From Dehalococcoidia bacterium (GTDB lineage Bacteria; Chloroflexota; Dehalococcoidia; Lucifugimonadales; UBA2985): 64,000 bases of DNA. The notes beneath the pieces are model-generated. The model had not been told where the DNA came from. It saw only the letters and a list, made by a program, of their open reading frames with translations, and did not search any database. The position numbers and the translations under genes are program-made. The stretch covers positions 68,199 to 132,198 of the forward strand of contig OZ244924.1 of NCBI GenBank assembly GCA_965221925.1. Direction: 5' to 3'. Positions 35,640 through 43,564 of this stretch are shown piece after piece. Positions within the stretch are counted from its first letter, which is position 1; each line of letters begins with the position of its first letter.

Positions 35640-35735
35640 GGGCGGCCCCACTCATATGGTTCGACCCACTCAGCCCCGTATCAAGTACGGGGCTGGCATG
35701 AGAGGGAAGGCGCGGGGCTGGCCATGAGTGGGAAT
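35640..35735. repeat. REP-like module
   Basis: ccactcatatggttcgaccc...ccccgtatcaagtacgggg...; the same hairpin occurs at 19032 and 19446. Confidence 0.75.
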
Positions 35736-35779
35736 GGAGGATTGGTCTAGCAGGAGGGGGGCATTTTCAGGCAGCGATG

Positions 35780-35808
35780 TTGACAGCTTGCTACGGTTGA
35801 TTTATTGT
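35780..35808 (+). promoter_or_regulatory. Putative dxs promoter
   Basis: TTGACA, a 17-nt spacer, then TATTGT. It lies about 60 nt upstream of TTG 35868. Confidence 0.4.
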
Positions 35809-35867
35809 AGCGTTGCTTATTATAGGCGTCTTGGGCAGGGTGGGTCCGACACCTTAACGGGCGTCTC

Positions 35868-37769
35868 TTGCAAGGGGGTCTTCTCATAGCCCGCCGTATT
35901 TTGGACCGGATCGATGAACCGGGCGACCTGAAAGCGCTGACCTACGAGGAGTTGGCGCAGGTTGCGCAAGAGGCGCGAGACACTATCATCTCCGTGATAA
36001 CCGAGCGCGGAGGCCATCTGGCATCCAACCTTGGCGTAGTGGAGCTCACGCTGGCTTTGCATCGCGTCTTCGATAGTCCCACCGACAGCATAGTCTGGGA
36101 CACAACCAACCAGACCTATACCCACAAGCTGGTGACGGGGCGACGCGACGAGTTCCAGAACATCCGCCTGGAGGGCGGCCTGTCCGGCTTTGGGGAGCCA
36201 AGAGAAAGCCCGCACGACACTCTGGCCGCAGGCCACGCGGGGACCGGCCTTTCCATAGCCCTTGGCATTGCGGAGGGCGCAGCCAACCGTGGCCTGGACT
36301 CGTGGACCATCGCCGTGGTGGGTGACGGGGCCATGACCTCCGGCTCCAGCTTTGAAGCCGTGAACAACACCGTGCATCTCAACCCCCAGAGGTTCATAGT
36401 AGTCCTCAACGACAATGGGATGTCCATCTCCGAGAACATCGGCTTCCTCACCAACTGGCGCAAGCGTCTGATCACCCATCCTGAAGTCCGCGCAATGGTG
36501 GGCCGCGCGAGGGCCCTTTCGCAGAAGGTGCCCAACGGCGAGTTGCTGTACAGGCTGGTCAAGCGGTTCAACACGGGGCTGGCGGGCCTCATTGTGCCCA
36601 CCATGTTCTGGACGGAGATGGGGTTCCAGTACCTGGGCCCCGTGGACGGTCACGACTTCAAGCAGATGGAAGAGGTCCTGCGACAGGCCAAAATCTCCAC
36701 TGGGTCTGTGCCGCTGGTTCACGTTGTGACCCACAAGGGCCACGGCTACGAGCCCGCAGAGGACGACCCGGTAAAGTTCCATCAGCCGAGTTCCCCGCTG
36801 GGGGCAGGGTCGGGCGCGCCCACCTACTCCAAGGTGTTTGCCCAAACCCTTGCGCGCCTCATGCGGGATGACGAATCCGTGGTCGGCATCAGCGCCGCCA
36901 TGCTGGAGGGCACGGGGCTTGTGGAGGTGCAGCGTGACTTCCCCGGCAGGATCTTTGACGTAGGAATTGCCGAGCAGCACGCCGTGAGCATGGCGGCCGG
37001 AATGGCGTCAACCGGACTCCACCCCTTCGTCTCCATCTACTCCACGTTCCTCCAACGCGCCTTCGATCAGGTGGTCCACGACGTTTGCCTTCAGAATCTG
37101 CCGGTGACGCTCATAGCGGATCGCGCGGGCATTGTTGGAGAGGACGGCAAAACCCATCATGGCGCGTTCGACATCTCTTACCTGCGGTGCCTGCCCAACG
37201 CCGTTGTGGCGGCGCCAATGGACGAGAACGAGCTGCAACACCTGGTTTACACTGCCTACAAGCACCCCGGTCCGTTCGCCATACGCATCGCCAGGGGGGC
37301 CGCCATCGGAACGCCCCTGGACGAGGACCTCAAGCAGATGACGATTGGCAAGGGTCGCGTGGTCAGGGAGGGCGGCGACGTCATGATATTTGCCATCGGC
37401 AAGTCGGTCAGCGCAGCCCTGGAGGCGGCGGAATGGCTTGAAGGCCACGGCGTTTCCTGCGGGGTCGTGAATGCCATCTTCGTGAAGCCCCTGGACGCGG
37501 ACCTGCTCCTGAGCGAAGCGCGCCGCGCCCGCCGTATAGTCACCGTTGAGGAGAACGTACTAGCCGGAGGGTTCGGCACAGCCGTCCTGGAAGTCCTTGC
37601 GGAGGCCGGGATGGAGTACACGTCCGTCCATCGCATCGGTATGCCGGACTCCTTCATTGAGCACGGCACGGCGGCCGCTCAACGGCGCAGGCTGCAACTG
37701 GATGCCGAGGGCATCGCGGGGCAGGTTATGAGCGTGTTCTTCCCCGAAGGGGCGGCGCCCCTGAGGTAG
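35868..37769 (+). CDS. dxs: 1-deoxy-D-xylulose-5-phosphate synthase
   Basis: Contains LDRIDEPGDLKAL, the TPP-binding motif GDGAMTSG...NDNGMSI and the transketolase-like central and C-terminal domains. Confidence 0.97.
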   Translation: MQGGLLIARRILDRIDEPGDLKALTYEELAQVAQEARDTIISVITERGGHLASNLGVVELTLALHRVFDSPTDSIVWDTTNQTYTHKLVTGRRDEFQNIRLEGGLSGFGEPRESPHDTLAAGHAGTGLSIALGIAEGAANRGLDSWTIAVVGDGAMTSGSSFEAVNNTVHLNPQRFIVVLNDNGMSISENIGFLTNWRKRLITHPEVRAMVGRARALSQKVPNGELLYRLVKRFNTGLAGLIVPTMFWTEMGFQYLGPVDGHDFKQMEEVLRQAKISTGSVPLVHVVTHKGHGYEPAEDDPVKFHQPSSPLGAGSGAPTYSKVFAQTLARLMRDDESVVGISAAMLEGTGLVEVQRDFPGRIFDVGIAEQHAVSMAAGMASTGLHPFVSIYSTFLQRAFDQVVHDVCLQNLPVTLIADRAGIVGEDGKTHHGAFDISYLRCLPNAVVAAPMDENELQHLVYTAYKHPGPFAIRIARGAAIGTPLDEDLKQMTIGKGRVVREGGDVMIFAIGKSVSAALEAAEWLEGHGVSCGVVNAIFVKPLDADLLLSEARRARRIVTVEENVLAGGFGTAVLEVLAEAGMEYTSVHRIGMPDSFIEHGTAAAQRRRLQLDAEGIAGQVMSVFFPEGAAPLR

Positions 37770-37789
37770 CCCCAACGGCGGCGCATCAT

Positions 37790-38355
37790 ACCACCGCTCG
37801 ACTCGCCGAGCCACCGCTCATACTGAGCAGTGTCAGCTACGCTCTCAGTCTTTCCGCTCATGTGGTTCGACATGCTCACCACGAGCGGGAAAAGGAACTC
37901 GGCTCACTCCCGTATCAACTACGGGGCAGGCTAGGAGCGGTATGGGAGTGGCGCACCAACCGACGTTGGCATTACCAGCGCCAGTAGAGAATACCTGGAG
38001 CGCTACGCCATTCCTGCGGAAGCAGGAATCCAGGCGCCCCGTGATAGCGCATGATAGACCCCTGCTTTTGCAGGGGTGGTCTAGTGGCTGACCTTGCGTT
38101 CGCGCCTCGTAACGGGGCAGGCTAGGAGCGGGATGGGAGTGGCGCACCAACCGACGTTGGCATTACCAGCGCCAGTAGAGAATACCTGGAGCGCTACGCC
38201 ATTCCTGCGGAAGCAGGAATCCAGGCGCCCCGTGATAGCGCATGATAGACCCCTGCTTTTGCAGGGGTGGTCTAGTGGCTGACCTTGCGTTCGCGCCTCG
38301 TAACGGCGCAGCCTCGGTGTGTTCAGATTCCTCACCCGGAATATACCAACGCCCG
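37790..38355. repeat. REP-like mosaic cluster containing a 191-bp tandem duplication
   Basis: The unit ggggcaggctaggagcgg...cgttcgcgcctcgtaacg starts at 37923 and again at 38114. The two copies are nearly identical. Confidence 0.88.
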
Positions 38356-38492
38356 GCCTTTATAGTCGCCGTAATCCCAAACAGAGTATCATTGTAGAGG
38401 CGGGGAACTTTTTGAGGGCCATTTCCGACTTTATGATAGAAACGGCTCTGAATTCCTGAATCTTACCTGAATCTTAAAGAAGGTGGATAACC

Positions 38493-39308
38493 ATGAAGAA
38501 CGTGAGACGGCTATTGACGGGTCTGGGTCTTGCAGCATTGTTGGGGCTGGCAGTCGCCTGCCAATCGGAGGCGGCGGAGACCCCGGATGCTGGAGGGGAC
38601 GCAGGCTCCGAATCAGACTCCATTGCTCAAGCGCTTGGACAGCTCGGAGGGTACGGGGGATCCGGGATACAGGTCACGGGAGAGGGGAGGGTTACCGTTA
38701 CGCCGGACCTGGCCCTGCTGAGCCTTGGAGTGGAGGCGATGGCGGACACCGTCGCGGAGGCCAAGGCGGATGCGGCCACTGCAATGGCAGCAGTAATCGC
38801 CGCCCTCAAGGCCAACGGCATCGCAGACGCGGACATACAGACCAGCTATTTCAACATTTCACCGGAGTACACCTACCAGGAGGTGAGCAGGGGCGACATT
38901 TGGCATAGCGAACGGGTTCTGGTTGGCTACCTGGTCACCAACAACGTCACCGCCAAGGCGCGCAACCTGGACAGTGTAGGCGCCACTATAGATGCCACCG
39001 CGGAGGCCGGAGGCAACGCCGCCCGCATCCAAAACATACGGTTTACGGTGGAGGACTCATCGGCGGCCCAGGCGCAGGCCAGGGAGAGCGCCGTGAAAGA
39101 CGCGCTGGACAAGGCGGACCACTTCGCTTCTCTTGCGGGGGTGAACAGGGGCAGCCTGCTGTCCATTAGCGAAAGCGGCGAGCCGCTTGCCCGGTCGTTC
39201 GATGCTGGTATGCAGATGTATGCGGAATATGCGGCCACTCCCATAAGCGGCGGCGAGTTGGAGATAGCCATCTACGTTCAAGCGGTTTTTGCCATAGAAA
39301 GCCCGTAG
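38493..39308 (+). CDS. SIMPL-domain (DUF541) lipoprotein
   Basis: Has the lipobox LAVAC. Also contains GEGRVTVTPDLALLSLGVEA...GYLVTNNVTAKARNLD...IQNIRFTVED. Confidence 0.88.
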   Translation: MKNVRRLLTGLGLAALLGLAVACQSEAAETPDAGGDAGSESDSIAQALGQLGGYGGSGIQVTGEGRVTVTPDLALLSLGVEAMADTVAEAKADAATAMAAVIAALKANGIADADIQTSYFNISPEYTYQEVSRGDIWHSERVLVGYLVTNNVTAKARNLDSVGATIDATAEAGGNAARIQNIRFTVEDSSAAQAQARESAVKDALDKADHFASLAGVNRGSLLSISESGEPLARSFDAGMQMYAEYAATPISGGELEIAIYVQAVFAIESP

Positions 39309-39386
39309 GCACGGAGAACGGAGCGGGACAAGCATACTGCCCAACAGGGGAGATTTTTGCAGAACCCCCTGCGGGCTCCCCAAATG

Positions 39387-39412
39387 CCTTCCCCCGCTCA
39401 GGCGGGGGAAGG
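39387..39412. repeat. GC-rich hairpin downstream of the SIMPL gene
   Basis: ccttcccccgc-tcag-gcgggggaagg forms an 11-bp stem. There is no T-tract. Confidence 0.6.
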
Positions 39413-39454
39413 CTAGAGCCTGCCTAGGACTTGATCCGGGGATGGGAGTCAGCC

Positions 39455-39483
39455 TTGTTGACACCCCGTCCCGATGCTATAAT
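39455..39483 (+). promoter_or_regulatory. Putative tRNA-Asn promoter
   Basis: TTGTTG, a 17-nt spacer, then TATAAT. An overlapping TTGACA gives only a 14-nt spacer. Confidence 0.4.
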
Positions 39484-39544
39484 CCAAATGTTGTTATCGA
39501 CGCATTCACCTTGAGGCGAACGCCTAGTCATCCTCAGGCTGCAT

Positions 39545-39619
39545 TCCCCGATAGCTCAGCGGTAGAGCGGGCGGCTGTTAACCGCTAGGTCGTAGGTTCG
39601 AATCCTACTCGGGGAGCCA
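39545..39619 (+). tRNA. tRNA-Asn (anticodon GTT), CCA encoded
   Basis: Cloverleaf folded by hand: acceptor stem tccccga/tcgggga, D arm gctc..gagc, anticodon loop ctGTTaa, T arm gtagg-ttcgaat-cctac, then gCCA. Confidence 0.95.
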
Positions 39620-39635
39620 GCGCTCCTAACGTTAA

Positions 39636-39660
39636 TGACCTGCCCCCCGGAAACTGGTCC
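39636..39660. repeat. Direct repeat (att-like), left copy
   Basis: TGACCTGCCCCCCGGAAACTGGTCC matches 42380-42404 at 22 of 25 positions. It starts 17 nt after the tRNA. Confidence 0.75.
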
Positions 39661-39960
39661 AAGAGAAGTGGCAGTCTTGGGCAGTATTGGTCTTGCCAAC
39701 CATGGGCCCTCCCTCAATGCTCTATTATAGCTGAGTACTCTATCTGCCTGTGTTACTGTTTTATGTGGTAAGGTCGCCGATGCCCCTCCAGGGACAACTC
39801 CGCCACGCACTTTGTTCTAAGGGCTGGACGCTGCGCTAAGGAAGAGATGGCAGTTAGGCTGTCAGATTGACCGGCGTCTTCCTACTATGTAATGCTAGGT
39901 ATGTACTAACGAAATTCGCAACGTCCACCGGGCGTTGACGACACGCATAGGGGGTCTCTC

Positions 39961-40683
39961 ATGAGACATTCACTTAGACAATTGGTATTGGCTGGATTGA
40001 TGGGCCTACTGGCCGTCGCTTTTGTAACGGCGTGCAGCAATGAGACGCCACCCACTCCTACGGAGTTGCCCACCAACACACCCGTCCCAACAAGCGCTCC
40101 TATTCCTACACCAGTTCCGCCTACAGCCACGCCTACCGTCGCTCCAATCACGGGGCCGGACACCATGCCCGCTATTCCCGGACTCGAAATTAGCCCGGAC
40201 ATGCGCTTGGGAGACTTGGTCGACGCACTCAGCGAGTCGGAGCAGGCGTGCATCAGCGGCGAGCTGGGAGATGAACTGCCGGCGTCCGTCAGGGATGCGC
40301 CCGTTTTTACAGAAACTATCGAGCAATGGCAGGTATCGATTTTAGGCTGCCTCTCCCAGGAGACGGCCTCCGCGCTTTTCCTGGCGTTCTTTGCTGCGCA
40401 GATGCCGCCTCTGCCTCAAGAGGCTGAAGCCTGCCTGCAAGGTCTGCTAATGAACGTGGACGTAGCGGCCCTCGTCGCTTCCCTGACGCCGGATGCAGGG
40501 CCTGCCGCAGAGGCGGCAGCTTTGCAGTTCGGCTTCGGACTGCTGACTTGTCTCCCGCCGGAGATGATGGAAGGCCTACTAGGAGGGGACGGACCCGGAA
40601 GCCCCACAGAGCCTGCGCCTACGGACGATACGTCGCTCTGGAGCTTTGCTACGGGCGGCTGGGTTGTCAATGCGCCTGATTAG
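39961..40683 (+). CDS. Lipoprotein with a Pro/Thr linker (hypothetical)
   Basis: Lipobox FVTAC followed by a TP-rich linker. The Cys-containing domain is not recognised. Confidence 0.7.
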   Translation: MRHSLRQLVLAGLMGLLAVAFVTACSNETPPTPTELPTNTPVPTSAPIPTPVPPTATPTVAPITGPDTMPAIPGLEISPDMRLGDLVDALSESEQACISGELGDELPASVRDAPVFTETIEQWQVSILGCLSQETASALFLAFFAAQMPPLPQEAEACLQGLLMNVDVAALVASLTPDAGPAAEAAALQFGFGLLTCLPPEMMEGLLGGDGPGSPTEPAPTDDTSLWSFATGGWVVNAPD

Positions 40684-40826
40684 GGGAACGGGAGGCATTA
40701 GTTTTCTACGTCACAAAAGCCGTGAACGAGGGCGGCGAGAGTGGTATACTAAAGGTACTGGCAACAATGCCAAGTATCACAAGGCCCGTCCCAATACAAC
40801 CCGTGTAACCTTCCCTAGAGGCGTGG

Positions 40827-41603
40827 ATGAACCCCCGCGACATAGCCACTGGCTCGGTGGGCCGCGACCTGCTCGCAGACCTTCATGCCGGTGAGTTACG
40901 GCGCCCAGGAGCTTTGGAGGAGATCGGTGAGGCCGATCTCCTCCAGCGCGTAGTCACTTCGGCTCTCACAGTGGGTAGCCTGGGAAAAGACATCGCATTG
41001 AGTACCCTCGTCCCGGAACCGACAACGAGCGAACTCGCCCTTGCCAAGCGCCTCTCGCACTGCCCTGCGGCTAGATGGTGGACGAACTCTTGGAGCGCAC
41101 GGTCTCAGATATGGGTATGTCCCAAGGGCAGCGGGCCTCCGGTGCGCGGAGGCCCCCATGAGCCGGCTACCGGCAAGCCATCAACAGCGCTGTGGACCTC
41201 ATCCAGCGTCGCTGGCATAGGGAGTGCGTGGATGCCAGTAGCCACTACCGGACTCATCCACTACGTGCCCGACGAACTCTGGCATTTAGAACTGTGCCCA
41301 CGCTTACCCGTGGCCGAAATCCATACCGTATCCGACTGGCGCGCCCTATGTAACGAGGCGCCGGGCTGCAATGATACTAATGGGTTGATAGAACCCGATT
41401 GGCAGGCCCTTGCGCGCCGCTTCGATGGTGTTCACCTAAGCGTAGCCGGGCTCCTCGCCGTCCAAGGCGTACCCATAGCAGATAAAGACGGTGTTGCAAT
41501 GCTGTGGGGATGGGACGCGGAATCTACGGCATGGCTCAACTGGTGTGTCACATCTGCCCGCAAACTGTCGAACCATTCCCACATCCCTGGCCGGGGTGGC
41601 TGA
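40827..41603 (+). CDS. Hypothetical protein (coding status uncertain)
   Basis: A 258-aa ORF. Only the C-terminal half looks protein-like (...DWQALARRFDGVHLSVAGLLAVQGVPIADKDGVAMLWGWDAESTAWLNW). The last 11 codons lie inside a repeated segment. Confidence 0.35.
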   Translation: MNPRDIATGSVGRDLLADLHAGELRRPGALEEIGEADLLQRVVTSALTVGSLGKDIALSTLVPEPTTSELALAKRLSHCPAARWWTNSWSARSQIWVCPKGSGPPVRGGPHEPATGKPSTALWTSSSVAGIGSAWMPVATTGLIHYVPDELWHLELCPRLPVAEIHTVSDWRALCNEAPGCNDTNGLIEPDWQALARRFDGVHLSVAGLLAVQGVPIADKDGVAMLWGWDAESTAWLNWCVTSARKLSNHSHIPGRGG

Positions 41604-41791
41604 CGGGATTCACAGGGGAAAAGGCGGTGGGTAGGGACGCCGCCCCACTCCACCTTGAACTTCCCTATTCCCGGCGAGGGCGAGCTGCCCAGGAGCAAGT
41701 AGTCCTGCTTCAATCGTTCCATTTCTACGTCACAAAAGCCGTGTACGAGGGACCATTCCCACATCCCTCGGCCCTACACAACAGCTTGACC

Positions 41792-41953
41792 GTGTATTCA
41801 AATATCTGCAAGAATGATAGATGGCGCGCATCAAGCTGGAGGCAGTTGAAGGGGGTTGCGGCGTTTCCTCTCGCGCTTTGAGAAGCTCAACGGGCCCTTC
41901 CTCGGGTTTCTCTCATTCGCGCTCATCTTTAGATGCGCTGCGCTATTTCGTTA
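41792..41953 (+). pseudogene. IS5/IS4-type (DDE_Tnp_1) transposase C-terminal remnant, frameshifted
   Basis: ...YSNICKNDRWRASSWRQLKG, then after a frameshift RRFLSRFEKLNGPFLGFLSFALIF. This resembles the conserved ...ERFF..LKQFRRIATRYEKL..NFLA...LA end of IS5-family transposases. Confidence 0.5.
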
Positions 41954-41992
41954 AGAGGCTACAATAGGATTTTTGCTTTTGAAGGGGGATAT

Positions 41993-42379
41993 ATGTCATC
42001 GTCAGACATTGTGGGGGAGATTGGCGCTGAACTAGGTCGTCTCATTGAACAGCGCGATGAACTGGATTTAACGATACGGGCGCTTCAGAGAACCATACAG
42101 CGCCTTATGGCAAACAATTATGAAGAGGCAGATGAGGAACGATCAAACGTCCGAGGGCTAAGTAATGCTCTCTACCAGCGCCCCGCTAAAGCAGAACAGC
42201 CTATGCACCTGAGGACACTCTATGACTTCCTAGCCAGCTCCGGCTTTCAGGTGGTTGGCGACAATCCACTTAACAATATATGGGATCACATGAGCAATGC
42301 CCCCCGCTTTGAGAGCTTAGGAGAAGGAACCTGGGGTCTTTGGAAGTGGTCACACACCCCAGCTAATGAGGTAGAGTAG
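41993..42379 (+). CDS. Small protein with an N-terminal coiled coil and a HARE-HTH-like C-terminal domain
   Basis: SD GAAGGGGGA lies before ATG 41993. The C-terminus LYDFLASSGFQVVGDNPLNNIWDHMSNAPRFESLGEGTWGLWKW resembles the DGRF...TWGLR.W signature of RpoE-delta/HARE-HTH domains. Confidence 0.6.
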   Translation: MSSSDIVGEIGAELGRLIEQRDELDLTIRALQRTIQRLMANNYEEADEERSNVRGLSNALYQRPAKAEQPMHLRTLYDFLASSGFQVVGDNPLNNIWDHMSNAPRFESLGEGTWGLWKWSHTPANEVE

Positions 42380-42404
42380 TGACCTGCCCCCCGAGAACTA
42401 GTCC
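42380..42404. repeat. Direct repeat (att-like), right copy
   Basis: TGACCTGCCCCCCGAGAACTAGTCC. It begins immediately after the stop codon of ORF 41993-42379. Confidence 0.75.
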
Positions 42405-42599
42405 GGTAATAAACCCGCGCGCTGGATATAATAGAAAGGGGCTAAGACCTTTCAGGACCCCGTGTACAACTCTGTGTCTGGATGAAACTGGAACCATCCG
42501 AACCAGAACGACATGTGGGTGGGTATCCGCGCCAGCCTATCCGACTCGTCTGCCATGTTAACCAGAAACTCCTCGGTCACCTGCCATTGACCTTACCCT

Positions 42600-42720
42600 G
42601 TTATTAGTATCGGGGTAATAGAGTGCAGCTACCGCTTCAGCATACTCCTTTGGCGCCCTGCCTTTCAACGAGCTGTGGGGTCTGACCTCGTTGTTGTCAT
42701 AACTCTCTCCTAGATTGTGA
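42600..42720 (-). pseudogene. IS3-like integrase-core (rve) C-terminal remnant
   Basis: ...ESYDNNEVRPHSSLKGRAPKEYAEAV... lies inside ORF 42558-42848. The catalytic part is absent. Confidence 0.5.
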
Positions 42721-42844
42721 CATTTCAAACTGAGACCACTACCGGCAAGTGCGGTCGCCTGCCGGCGTAACATAACGTGTGGCGCAATTATGGGAGGGCA
42801 GGTCAGACCCACTGAGACGCCGGCCCGATGAAAATCTGGGGCGC

Positions 42845-43078
42845 TCATTTCAAATATAGCTGCTTAACCACTCCATCCACCAGCGTCCCAACCACATGCT
42901 CCCCCACCGCTCTGAGGATACGCTCTTCATCCCAATCATCACTCAAATCATATGAATAACTCTTGTAATCTACTGCCGGTTCCGCTTCAAACGCAAATAC
43001 ATTTTCCTCCAGAGTCAGTTCCTTCTTGGCTGTATCTACGCTCATTAACGTTCCAGTTATTCCGTCCTTATTTGCCAT
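42845..43078 (-). CDS. Small acidic hypothetical protein (77 aa)
   Basis: SD GGGAGGA lies before ATG 43078. No family recognised. The gene is embedded between IS remnants. Confidence 0.5.
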   Translation of the reverse strand: MANKDGITGTLMSVDTAKKELTLEENVFAFEAEPAVDYKSYSYDLSDDWDEERILRAVGEHVVGTLVDGVVKQLYLK

Positions 43079-43231
43079 CCAGTCCTCCCTTTTAGTTTGG
43101 TCATTCAGCCAAGTATAGCGCCTCGGCGCCCACTTCAGGCCACTGAATTATGTGGTGGCCCCAGAGAAGTGGACAGGTAGCTAAGGTGGTTAACTGCTCC
43201 TGGAATGACCGTGGAAAGGAAGGAGCAGACA

Positions 43232-43350
43232 GTGAAAGAGAGTCGCAGGAAGCATAGTCCGGCGTTCAAGGCCAAGGTGCGCGGGAGGCGTTGAAGGCAG
43301 AGGAGAGCGCTGCAAGGTTGGCACGGAGCCAACTGACCCTGATTAGGAGG
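43232..43350 (+). pseudogene. IS3-family OrfA N-terminal remnant (frameshifted)
   Basis: SD GGAAGGAG lies before GTG 43232. The sequence VKESRRKHSPAFKAKV is followed by a shift to ALKAEESAARLA. This resembles the RRK.SPEFKAKVALEAL start of HTH_Tnp_1 proteins. Confidence 0.5.
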
Positions 43351-43447
43351 GGCCGTGTCCCGGTGGGATGGCACAACCAGAGACAACAAGGAGTTGGCTG
43401 AAAGCTACGACCAGCGGTCAAAGAAGTATGAGTCCACCAGGCGCGGG

Positions 43448-43501
43448 TGTATTGTGATCGTGGTCGACTAGGCGCTCCTAGTCGACCACGATCACAATAC
43501 A
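43448..43501. repeat. Perfect 25-bp-arm palindrome (54 bp)
   Basis: TGTATTGTGATCGTGGTCGACTAGG-cgct-CCTAGTCGACCACGATCACAATACA. Confidence 0.95.
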
Positions 43502-43564
43502 GCGCAAGCGCTCTCGTTCGAGCCGGTCAAAGAAGTCTGACGCCCTCTTCCCACGCTCCAATGA

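Noticed and set aside
35820-36980. A 386-aa minus-strand ORF, and similar ORFs at 59283-60551, 54296-55444, 43754-44941, 26012-26983, 29548-30471 and 21660-22313
   Set aside because: Each is antisense to a gene with an unmistakable family signature (dxs, rel, terL, thiolase-like, ABC exporter, glnA, protease). These are typical GC-rich shadow ORFs.
42430-42560. A short minus-strand frame ...MADESDRLARIPTHMSFWFGWFQFHPDTELYTGS*
   Set aside because: It looks like a C-terminal protein fragment, but I could not assign a family. It is only 35-45 codons long and lies in the IS-debris zone.
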